From assembly GCA_038824665.1 (NCBI GenBank), contig JAWBBK010000001.1, positions 352,001-416,000 of the forward strand: DNA of 64,000 nt, in the 5' to 3' direction. Under the pieces are notes generated by a model that was not told where the DNA came from, did no database searches, and saw nothing but the letters and a program-made list of their open reading frames with translations. Both the position numbers and the translations under genes were made by a program. This stretch comes from Acidilobaceae archaeon. GTDB taxonomy: Archaea > Thermoproteota > Thermoprotei_A > Sulfolobales > Acidilobaceae. Of this stretch, positions 47,103-55,717 are shown in pieces; within the stretch, counting starts at the first letter, position 1; the number at the start of each line of letters is the position of its first letter.

Positions 47103-47752
47103 TCTCTACACCTAGGACTTCGCGCTTTACAATATGTTCTCCCTAACGCTATGAGTAACCTGTGAGCTTCGTCGCTTAGCTCAGCTCCGAAACACTCAAG
47201 CAAACTTCTAGAGACCTCTTTGTAATCTCTTCTCTCGACTAGACCCCATCTTAATGTAATCCTCATAGCGTGAGTATCTACAGCAAACACAGGAGCTTTT
47301 CTCACAAACGAAAGAAAGACGTCAACTGTTTTAGGACCCACTCCTCTTACTTTAAGGAGTTCTTCTCTGAGCACGAAGCTATTCTCTTTTAACAGATACT
47401 CTTCTCCTCCTTTAGACACTACAAGCTTAGCTAGTTCTACTATAGTTCTAGCTTTAGATTTCCAAAGACCAGAAGGTTTTATCGCTTCCTCTATTTCTTT
47501 TAGCTCTAGCTTAAGAACGCCTTCAGGCGAGAGTTCTGTCTTCTCAGCTAAAGCTTTCAGAGCTCTTATCGAGTTCTTATCGCTTGTGTTCTGACTTAAC
47601 ACTATGCCCACAAGAACTGAAAAAGGAGAGCCTTTCCCGACTTCTTGCGCTACTAAAGCAGTATATTGTTGAGAGTCTATGTTCAGATTCTTCGATAACA
47701 GCTGATAGAGTTCTGAGCACGAGATGCTGTCCGTTATTCTTCGCATCTTCAA
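47063..47752 (-). CDS. nth: Endonuclease III
   Basis: LSQNTSD, GVGPKT, VDTH and C-x6-C-x2-C-x5-C motifs. Confidence 0.92.
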   Translation of the reverse strand: MKMRRITDSISCSELYQLLSKNLNIDSQQYTALVAQEVGKGSPFSVLVGIVLSQNTSDKNSIRALKALAEKTELSPEGVLKLELKEIEEAIKPSGLWKSKARTIVELAKLVVSKGGEEYLLKENSFVLREELLKVRGVGPKTVDVFLSFVRKAPVFAVDTHAMRITLRWGLVERRDYKEVSRSLLECFGAELSDEAHRLLIALGRTYCKARSPRCRECPVREHCPSSKA

Positions 47753-47975
47753 GAGAATGCCCTATACTCTCAAACTCCTGTAGCTTATAGCCTCGCTCAT
47801 CCGTTCCAGACGTAGCGCTGATCTATTTGACCAGTATAGAGCGCTCATGATTACGATAAGGCGTAGAACTCTCATTGAGAAATAAAGAACTCGAAGAGAG
47901 TAGAGTTCTCCTCCTGAGTAAGACCGAAGTGTGACTAAGCGTTCCCATGCTCTATCTCTTTTTCACTAAATCTCT

Positions 47976-50900
47976 ATGGGTTACAAAGGCTTGGCTGAAC
48001 TAAGCGCTATTTTCAAAGGGCTTTGTCCCAACTGCGGAGGCGATATAGAACACGAAAGATTGATTATAGGAGCACCTTGCAGTAAGTGTTTGTCCTCTTT
48101 AGACTTAGCATCCAACCTAGACAAGAGGTCAATAGCGGAAGAGCTGAGATCCAGAAACGTCTTAACCGGTTATCTCTGGATCCATGACTTCGAACGCAAG
48201 TTTGAGGACTTTGCAAGCTACGTTTATGAGAAAACAGGCTTCGAGTTATGGAGCGCGCAAAGAAGCTGGGCCAAGCGATTACTCGAAGAAGAGAGCTTCG
48301 CGATAGTAGCTCCTACAGGCGTTGGAAAGACTACTCTCCTTCAGCTGTACGCATGCTATAGGTGTGAGAAATACAAGTGGAGAGTTCTTTATCTAGCGCC
48401 TACAGAGAACCTTGTAAGACAGGTCTATGAGAGACTCTCGAAGCTTAACGAGAGAGTTATAGCTTACTTTTCAAACATGAACAAAAAGATGAAAGAAGAA
48501 GTCCTAGCTAAGATGAGGTTTGGCGACTTTTGTGTTTTGGTCGTGACTCCTGTTTTCTTGAGAAAGAGGTTTAACGAACTAAAAGAACTCTCTCCATTCG
48601 ATCTAGCGATAGTCGATGATGTAGATAGCCTTCTGAGAGATAGCAGAAACGTAGAGAGATTACTAGAGGTCATAGGAGTTCCTCGAGAAGCTGTAGAGAC
48701 AGCAGTTAAACTCATTAAAACTAAGCGTAAACTGTTCGTAGCTATGTCTTCAGGAAGAGATACTAGAGAGGAAGAGGTCAAGATAGCCGAGTTAGAGAAC
48801 TCTCTTAGAAGAATCTTATCGAATGCCAAAATAGGACAGCTCGTGATAGCGTCAGCCACAGCCAGACCTAGAGGGACAAAACATCTTCTCTTTAGGGAAG
48901 TCTTAGGGTTTGAGACAGGCGGATCTTCAGATTACCTCAGAAACGTAAAAGACGCTTTGTTGCTAAGCAACGACATAATAAACGATGTAGTAAGAACTGT
49001 TGAACTCTTGGGGAAAGGAGGCATAGTATTCGTGAGTCAGCTCTGTGGAGGAGAACTGATCGAAGTCTTGGTGAAAGAGTTCAGAAACAGAGGACTTAGA
49101 GCAGAAAAAGCTTTAGCTGGGTCCTGGAAGAGCATAATCAAACTCGAACGAGGAGAAGTAGACGTCCTAGTCGCAGTAGCTAGCAGATATGGAGTTGCAG
49201 TGAGAGGTCTTGACGCTCCTCAGAGAGTCCGTTATGTAGTCTTTGTCAGAGCTCCAGCCAAAAAGCTTGAAGCTTCGAAGGCTCTGCTTAGCCCCTCTAG
49301 ATTGCTAAGAGTTCTGATCTATATGGCTGAGAACGGCGATGAAGAAGCTCTAGAGCTAGCCAGAGATCTAAGAGAGACCTTGGACAAGACCGACGACCCG
49401 AGCTTAGTGCAACTAGCTCTTAGAAAACAGAACTCTCTTAGTGGAGTTCTGACCGCTCTTGCTCAGAAGTACTCTAGAGCTCTAGAAAAAGCTCTTTCTT
49501 GGCTCTCTGAGAGAGTTCGTCAAGAAACTCTGAGAATAGGAACAACAGTTTACATCTATGAGAACGGAACTCTTTATGCGTACATTCCTGATGCGCTCAC
49601 CTACATCCAGGCCAGCGGGAGAGCAAGCAGAATGCTCAATGGTAAGATGACCTTCGGTTTGAGCGTTGTAGTGGAGCCTCTAGAAGAGTTGGTGAGAGCT
49701 CTCGAAGCTAAGGCATCTTGGATAGCCAATATAAAGTTCGAGCCTTTTAACTCCTTAGACCTAGAGAGAGTTCTTAAGCTCATAGAGGAGACCAGAAGAG
49801 GCGGAGGTTCTGATGTCAAAGTTGACAGCGTCCTCTTAGTGGTAGAGTCTCCTACGAAAGCCAAAACCATAGCGTGGTTTTGGGGAAGCCCGGCTAAGAG
49901 GAAACTCAACGATGTTGTGATATATGAGACCTCAGTCTCTGACCCAGAAGCGAACAAGGTTTACTTGCTATCTATAGTAGCTACACGTGGACACCTCTTC
50001 GATATGGTTGAGAAAGACGAAGACCCGAAAAGCGTCTACGGAGTAAGACTTGACGAGTCTTCGATAAGTCCTGTGTACTCAACTATAAAGAGATGTAGGA
50101 GCTGTGGTTTCAGCTTTGTAGAGATGTCGCTCTGTCCTAGGTGTGGGTCTACGAGCTTCAAAGACTCGAGAAGCATTGTAGAAGCTCTTAGAAGATTAGC
50201 TCTTCAAGTTGACCACGTAATTGTGGCTACAGACCCCGATAGAGAAGGAGAGAAGATAGCTTGGGACGTAATGCTCGTAGTAGCGCCATACAACAAATGT
50301 GTTTACAGAGCTAGGTTTTATGAAGTCACGAGAGACGCAGTTCTAAAAGCTCTTAGAAACTTAAGTGCAGTTGACGAACGCTTAGTCGCTTCACAGATAG
50401 CTAGAAGAGTTATAGATCGTTGGATAGGCTTTCATCTAAGCGGCTATCTGAAAGCAGTATACGAGAAACACTGGTTAGGTGCAGGAAGAGTTCAGACTCC
50501 AGTCCTCGGATGGGTGATATCTAGATATCTAGAGTGGAAGAGGTCGAGAGGCTACAGAGTATGCTTTGAAATAGAGAACGGACAGACTGTTTGTTTCTAC
50601 GTCTCAAGTAAGGATAGAGCTCAAGAGTTGGCTTTAATTAAAGAACTAGAGGTAGTTAACGTCTCAAAAGAGGTAATCACTCTACATCCTCCACCTCCTT
50701 ACACAACTGACGCCTTGCTCTCCGATGCCGCAAAGCTGTTGAGACTTCCCATAGAGCAGACCATGAGAATAGCTCAAGAACTCTTCGAAGCCGGTCTCAT
50801 AACTTACCACAGAACAGACTCGACCAGAGTTTCCGAACAAGGTATGGTCATAGCTAGAGAGTATTTGGTCACGAAAAAGTTAGAGAGTCTATTCAAGCCA

Positions 50901-51635
50901 AGAGCCTGGAGCAACGAGGGAGCTCATGAAGCGATAAGACCTACGAAACCTCTAGACGCTAAAGAACTCGAAAAAGCTGTTCTAGATGGCTCGATCAGAA
51001 TTCCGATCAAGCTAACATGGGCTCACAAAGCTCTTTACGACTTGATCTTCAGAAGGTTTGTAGCAAGTCAGATGAGAGAAGCGGAAGCAGTAAAGGTGAG
51101 AGCTATCCTCAAGGCGTCCGATATGCTTCAAACGGTAGAAGGAGTGACGTCAACGCTGTCTGAAGGCTTCACAGCTGTGCTGAGCTTCAACTTTAAACCA
51201 TGGCTTGAGAAGCTTAGAGAGGGTTCTACTATAGCTGTTAGCTCTGTTAAGGTAAGCAGAGGAAGTTCCATCAGCTTGTTGACAAGCGGAGAGGTCGTAA
51301 AGCTCATGAAGGAAAAAGGGATCGGAAGACCGAGCACATACCATAAAGCGCTAGAAGCTAATAAGAGACACGGCTACATAATTGAATCTAAAAAGGTCAG
51401 AGCTTTAATACCGACAAAGCTAGGTATAGAAGTCTATCGTCGCATACTTGAGACGTTTCCAAAAGTGGCCAATGAGGAGTTCACTAAAGCCTTAGAAGAA
51501 CAACTAGATGCCATAGAACAAGGGACTTTAAGTCCGTTAGAACTCTTAGAAAACGCCTGGAGAGAGATCTTCACAGCCGTTCAGATCCCCTCTACTCAAG
51601 GTCTTGTAGTAGCGACAGCTAAGTGGAGTCTTTAA
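47976..51635 (+). CDS. rgy: Reverse gyrase
   Basis: N-terminal CPNC..CSKC, APTGVGKT, DDVD, QASGRASR, VESPTKA, second Zn finger, GRVQTP and catalytic YHRTDS. Confidence 0.97.
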   Translation: MGYKGLAELSAIFKGLCPNCGGDIEHERLIIGAPCSKCLSSLDLASNLDKRSIAEELRSRNVLTGYLWIHDFERKFEDFASYVYEKTGFELWSAQRSWAKRLLEEESFAIVAPTGVGKTTLLQLYACYRCEKYKWRVLYLAPTENLVRQVYERLSKLNERVIAYFSNMNKKMKEEVLAKMRFGDFCVLVVTPVFLRKRFNELKELSPFDLAIVDDVDSLLRDSRNVERLLEVIGVPREAVETAVKLIKTKRKLFVAMSSGRDTREEEVKIAELENSLRRILSNAKIGQLVIASATARPRGTKHLLFREVLGFETGGSSDYLRNVKDALLLSNDIINDVVRTVELLGKGGIVFVSQLCGGELIEVLVKEFRNRGLRAEKALAGSWKSIIKLERGEVDVLVAVASRYGVAVRGLDAPQRVRYVVFVRAPAKKLEASKALLSPSRLLRVLIYMAENGDEEALELARDLRETLDKTDDPSLVQLALRKQNSLSGVLTALAQKYSRALEKALSWLSERVRQETLRIGTTVYIYENGTLYAYIPDALTYIQASGRASRMLNGKMTFGLSVVVEPLEELVRALEAKASWIANIKFEPFNSLDLERVLKLIEETRRGGGSDVKVDSVLLVVESPTKAKTIAWFWGSPAKRKLNDVVIYETSVSDPEANKVYLLSIVATRGHLFDMVEKDEDPKSVYGVRLDESSISPVYSTIKRCRSCGFSFVEMSLCPRCGSTSFKDSRSIVEALRRLALQVDHVIVATDPDREGEKIAWDVMLVVAPYNKCVYRARFYEVTRDAVLKALRNLSAVDERLVASQIARRVIDRWIGFHLSGYLKAVYEKHWLGAGRVQTPVLGWVISRYLEWKRSRGYRVCFEIENGQTVCFYVSSKDRAQELALIKELEVVNVSKEVITLHPPPPYTTDALLSDAAKLLRLPIEQTMRIAQELFEAGLITYHRTDSTRVSEQGMVIAREYLVTKKLESLFKPRAWSNEGAHEAIRPTKPLDAKELEKAVLDGSIRIPIKLTWAHKALYDLIFRRFVASQMREAEAVKVRAILKASDMLQTVEGVTSTLSEGFTAVLSFNFKPWLEKLREGSTIAVSSVKVSRGSSISLLTSGEVVKLMKEKGIGRPSTYHKALEANKRHGYIIESKKVRALIPTKLGIEVYRRILETFPKVANEEFTKALEEQLDAIEQGTLSPLELLENAWREIFTAVQIPSTQGLVVATAKWSL

Positions 51636-51646
51636 CGAACCTTTAG

Positions 51647-52453
51647 CTAGTAAACAGCGCTCTTCGTGTATCCTATTATTCTCTCAGGATATGAGAGCAC
51701 TGTGAGCCCTCTGAACGTCTCTCCTCTTCTTATGTAGGATATCAGCGTAACCCCAAGAAGAAGCGCAGCTGAAAGACCGCTATAGAGAGGTCCTCTAGTA
51801 GAAATAACTATAGGCGTTCCGAAGTTAGCGCTTCTAATCACCATATCGGAAGAAGCTCTTCCTGTAGTGATCACTATAGAGTTCTCGCTATTGACCTTAT
51901 GTGTTACCGCTAAGCCTATCAGCTTAGCTATAGAGGTATGTCTGCTCGTATCGTGAGCTATCACGATCTTCCTTCCGGTCAGGTCGTAGAGAGCCGAGGT
52001 GTGCATAGCTAGCCCCTTAACGATAGCTATGGTTCTCTTGTTGAAGTCTAGAAACACATCTACCACTGTCTTCCAGATCACTTTGAGGTCAGACTTCACT
52101 CTCGAACCTCTAGCTACAGCAAGTAGTGCACAGTCCTCAGCAAAAGACCTCTTGAGTTCTACATCTTTTTTGAGTTGTGCGTAGACGACTCTATCTCTTC
52201 GATCAACCTTCACCTCCTCGACCTCTGACAAAGAGGACACAATTCCATCGCCTAAGAGAACTCCGAGCACTGTCTCCTCTATGTGTATTGGGGTCATTAT
52301 AAGCGTCGTATAGAGCTTGCCGTTAATGTAGAGGTCCAGTTTGTCATCTAAAGCTATTGGAGGATGTTTCTCATCTCCTTCGCCATAAGCTACCTCAGAC
52401 TCTATCACATCGAAAGAGCTAATGTCCACATCTTCTACTAACACCAGCTCCAC
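51647..52453 (-). CDS. fdhD: FdhD sulfurtransferase-like accessory protein
   Basis: TLIMTP..IEE..LG.L..DG, HTSAL, DTSRH, TGRASSDMV motifs. Confidence 0.8.
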   Translation of the reverse strand: MELVLVEDVDISSFDVIESEVAYGEGDEKHPPIALDDKLDLYINGKLYTTLIMTPIHIEETVLGVLLGDGIVSSLSEVEEVKVDRRDRVVYAQLKKDVELKRSFAEDCALLAVARGSRVKSDLKVIWKTVVDVFLDFNKRTIAIVKGLAMHTSALYDLTGRKIVIAHDTSRHTSIAKLIGLAVTHKVNSENSIVITTGRASSDMVIRSANFGTPIVISTRGPLYSGLSAALLLGVTLISYIRRGETFRGLTVLSYPERIIGYTKSAVY

Positions 52454-52532
52454 CCAGAACCGAAGAGTTGAAGGAGTTAATAATAGAAGCTAAAGAGATC
52501 TTAAAGCGACCGTTTTCAAATTCCTTAGAGAA

Positions 52533-53024
52533 TTATAAGATACAGTTATCTATCACTGACTTGATCACGTTTTCAGCTCTAGTTAGCATGCTTTCAACCT
52601 CTTCAAGAGAGAGATAGAAAAGTGAAGGAGATATGGGAACTATTAGGCTCCCTCTTCCTAATTTCAGAATTGCTCTATTGCCTTTCAGCTCAACAGACAC
52701 TAACACGGAGTTCTCAACTTCGAGATAGTAGGCTTTAGCCCAAGCTTTAGCTTTGAGGTCTCTAATCAACCTTTCTCTAAGACAAAAGATATCAACATCT
52801 TCACAGACGATCTTGAAGATAGCGCTGTGACTAGATGTGAACTCTGAAAGAAGACCTTTGAGAGACTCTAAAGACGTTTGTGACACTCTGAACAGAACTC
52901 TTCTGAGTTCCTCGTTAACTTCTACTATCTTGCCATTAAGTTCGGAGACCTTCCTAACGAAAGCAGGAAGAGGCTTTGAGCTCTTGACATAAGATATTAG
53001 GACTAGATTTCTCGTACACTTCAT
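52533..53024 (-). CDS. Hypothetical protein
   Basis: 163-aa ORF, 5 nt downstream of the metB-like gene. Confidence 0.6.
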   Translation of the reverse strand: MKCTRNLVLISYVKSSKPLPAFVRKVSELNGKIVEVNEELRRVLFRVSQTSLESLKGLLSEFTSSHSAIFKIVCEDVDIFCLRERLIRDLKAKAWAKAYYLEVENSVLVSVELKGNRAILKLGRGSLIVPISPSLFYLSLEEVESMLTRAENVIKSVIDNCIL

Positions 53025-53029
53025 TGATT

Positions 53030-54196
53030 TCAGCCTGCGAGAGCTCTAGAAAGGTCTTCGATCAAATCTTTCGAGTCCTCGAGTCCTACCGATAGTCTGA
53101 CTAGGTTTTCCGTTATTCCTAGCTTGACTCTAGACTCTTCGTCTATAAAGCGAGAAGCTGATCTAGCGGGCAACACAGCAAGAGACTCAGCGCCACCAAA
53201 GCTAGGAGCTCTTTTTATTACTTTAAGCTTCAACAAGAACTCTATGGTGTCCTTGTAGGAACCTTTGAGTCTAAAGGAGACCAGAGTTCCAAAAAGTCTC
53301 CTCTCGAAAAGTCGAAGAGCTATCTCATGATAAGGACTGCTAGACAGTCCTGGATACAAGACCTCCTCTACTTTAGGATGATCTTCGAGGAATTCCGCTA
53401 TCTCAAGTGCTGTTTTACTCGCTTTCTCGAACCTAGCTTCTAAAGTCTTCAGTCCCCTTATAACCATATAAGCCTCAAAGGGTTGAAGTATATTTCCGAG
53501 AGTTCTTCTCCAGTCCCAGAGTTCCTTCAAATCACTTGATCTGCCTGCAACTACACCGCCTACTACGTCGTTGTGTCCACTTAAATGCTTAGTAGCGCTA
53601 TGGACTACAAGTCTAGCTCCGTGTTTAGCTGGTTTTACCAAGAGAGGAGTGGTAATTGTGTTGTCGACTATGAGGATCTTCGAGTCTAAGTCTATTGCAG
53701 AAGCTAGAGCTTTGAGGTCTATGACTTTATTAGTAGGGTTAGTTTGAACCTCTAAAAAGATCAACTTAGTCTCTTTGCTAACTGCCTCTACAATGGCCTC
53801 AGCTGAGGGCCAGACTTTCTTGACCTTCAAGCCCATCTTTCTAGCTAAACGATCAAGAAGATAGAGAACTGAGCTGTAGACTTCGATAGGAACTACAACC
53901 TCGTCTCCTGGTTCAAGTGCAAACATAAAAACAGAAGATATAGCGGCCATTCCGCTGTTGAACACAAGAGCGTCTTCAACTCCTTCTAGCTTTGCAAGTA
54001 ATCTCTCTAAGCATCTAACGGTCGGGTTTTCCTCTCTACCGTACCTAACGGCGTGACCTCTATCGCTAAACGTTGCAAGACCCAGGTCTTCGTCTACATA
54101 CTCATAGATGTTGCCTATGTAAATAGGAGGCACATGCGAACCTAATAGATCTCGACACTCGTGTCCATGAATAGCTAGCGTAGAGAAGCCCTTCAC
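53030..54196 (-). CDS. metB: Cys/Met metabolism PLP enzyme (cystathionine gamma-synthase/lyase family)
   Basis: YGREENPT, SGMAAI, DNT, HSATKHLSGHND and RLSVGLE motifs. Confidence 0.85.
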   Translation of the reverse strand: MKGFSTLAIHGHECRDLLGSHVPPIYIGNIYEYVDEDLGLATFSDRGHAVRYGREENPTVRCLERLLAKLEGVEDALVFNSGMAAISSVFMFALEPGDEVVVPIEVYSSVLYLLDRLARKMGLKVKKVWPSAEAIVEAVSKETKLIFLEVQTNPTNKVIDLKALASAIDLDSKILIVDNTITTPLLVKPAKHGARLVVHSATKHLSGHNDVVGGVVAGRSSDLKELWDWRRTLGNILQPFEAYMVIRGLKTLEARFEKASKTALEIAEFLEDHPKVEEVLYPGLSSSPYHEIALRLFERRLFGTLVSFRLKGSYKDTIEFLLKLKVIKRAPSFGGAESLAVLPARSASRFIDEESRVKLGITENLVRLSVGLEDSKDLIEDLSRALAG

Positions 54197-54285
54197 TTCT
54201 AGCCCCAGACCGTTGAGGCAGTTTTGAGAGACCTAATTAATGTCGTGAACTCAGGCGGATTTAGCTGAAACATCCAAGAAGCCGT

Positions 54286-54339
54286 TATCAGAAACACGAG
54301 CCATCTTCATCCTTTCCGAGCTGTGGCTTTCATCATCTA
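54286..54339 (-). ncRNA. Box C/D guide sRNA, probable 23S rRNA targets
   Basis: C ATGATGA, guide AAGCCACAGCT, D' CGGA, C' ATGAAGA, guide TGGCTCGTGTTT, D CTGA. Confidence 0.85.
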
Positions 54340-54376
54340 TGGCTTCAAAGCCGATCCTTAGAAGCTGTGAAAAGCT

Positions 54377-55684
54377 TTATGTTGATCTCTGAGAGCACTG
54401 AGGTAAGACCTTTGGATCAAGCTTAGAGCAAACTATATCTGTCAGCTCAGGTATGAAGTTAATGACTATAGCGGCTAGCTCTTCGTCCGTTAACTGCTCT
54501 TTTCCGTTAAAGGCTTCTCTCATAAAAGACGCAGCTCTCTCGAGACCTGGATGGTTTTTATCTATAGTTACTCCTATTCTGTTTCTAAGCCAGTACACTA
54601 TTCCAGACCTTCCTGAGTATGGAGTCACTTCTATTTCGAACCTTTTACCCAACACCTCCTCTACGTCCATAGGCAGATAGACAAGCGGGTTCTTGAGAAG
54701 ACCGTCTATATGTATTCCGGACTTTTGCATAAACGCCTTAGAGCCTACGAGAAGCTGATTTGCTGGGATCTTCCAGCCCATCTTTGAAAGTAGTTCAGCT
54801 GCTTTAGTTATAGCCTTTAAGTTAGCTGAGTGTCCAGTAAGAGACACATAATGTAATAGCATTAGTTCTAGCGGACAGATGCCCGTTCTTTCTCCGATCC
54901 CAAGCAAAGTGCAGTTGGCTTCCATAGCTCCATAAAACCATGCCGCTAGATGGTTAGCTACGCTTAGCCCGAAGTCGTTGTGTCCGTGGAACCCTAGACC
55001 TTGAGGACTGATGCCAGCATCGAGAGCTAGTTCTACAAGCCTAGGCACGCTTCTAGGGAGCGAGACTTCGTAAAAGGGTAGCCCTAGTCCTAAGGTATCC
55101 GATAATCTAGCCTTTGGCTCAATTCGGTATCGCTCAGCTAGCTTTGTCAGCCTCTCTAAGAACGATCTGACCGTTTGAGGATCAGCTCTAGTCACGTCTT
55201 CTAGAGCGCATTCGACTACTATACCGTTTCTGTAGGCTTCTTCTATAGCTTCTAAATAAGAGTTCAGAGCCTCTTCTCTACTTAGCCCTAGCTTATAATA
55301 GATGTGGTAATCCGATATTGAGGTCAACATTATGGTCTCTTGTAGTTTGCTCTCTGCTAGAAGTCTGACATCCTGTTTTGAAGCTCTTATCCAGCCCCTG
55401 ACAGCTGGGTTCTCATAACCGTAGTCGAGAAGTCTTTTTGCGATCCTTCGGTCTTTATCGCTGTAGAGGAAGATCTCTGTGTACTTTATAGCGTTGCTCT
55501 TTCCATTAAGGTCGACTAGAACCTCGTAGATCTCTTCGGCTTCTTTCTCTGAAAACGGTCTCCAGGCCTGTTGACCTTCCCTTAAGGTAGCGTCCGTTAT
55601 ATATGGCTCTCCTCTGAGAGGACGTGAGAGATTTATCTTAGGAAGACTGTTTAAAAGACATCCCCTATATCCCTCAAGTCTCAG
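54377..55684 (-). CDS. DRE-TIM metallolyase, Re-citrate synthase-like (start uncertain)
   Basis: Frame open about 118 codons upstream of the track ORF: ITDATLREGQQ, TEIFLYSDKDR, GWIRA, then TSISDYHI, EDVTRAD, HGHNDFG, GIGERTG. Confidence 0.75.
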   Translation of the reverse strand: MRLEGYRGCLLNSLPKINLSRPLRGEPYITDATLREGQQAWRPFSEKEAEEIYEVLVDLNGKSNAIKYTEIFLYSDKDRRIAKRLLDYGYENPAVRGWIRASKQDVRLLAESKLQETIMLTSISDYHIYYKLGLSREEALNSYLEAIEEAYRNGIVVECALEDVTRADPQTVRSFLERLTKLAERYRIEPKARLSDTLGLGLPFYEVSLPRSVPRLVELALDAGISPQGLGFHGHNDFGLSVANHLAAWFYGAMEANCTLLGIGERTGICPLELMLLHYVSLTGHSANLKAITKAAELLSKMGWKIPANQLLVGSKAFMQKSGIHIDGLLKNPLVYLPMDVEEVLGKRFEIEVTPYSGRSGIVYWLRNRIGVTIDKNHPGLERAASFMREAFNGKEQLTDEELAAIVINFIPELTDIVCSKLDPKVLPQCSQRST

Positions 55685-55717
55685 AAATCTCTAAATTCAG
55701 GGCTAATAAACTTTTCT

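Noticed and set aside
47976-51635. Inteins in reverse gyrase, NrdD, AtpA or RadA
   Set aside because: Lengths are normal and no intein splice motifs interrupt the conserved regions visible
54255-54266. GCGGATTTAGCT resembles the 5' end of a tRNA
   Set aside because: No cloverleaf continues; probably chance or the antisense of a guide sequence
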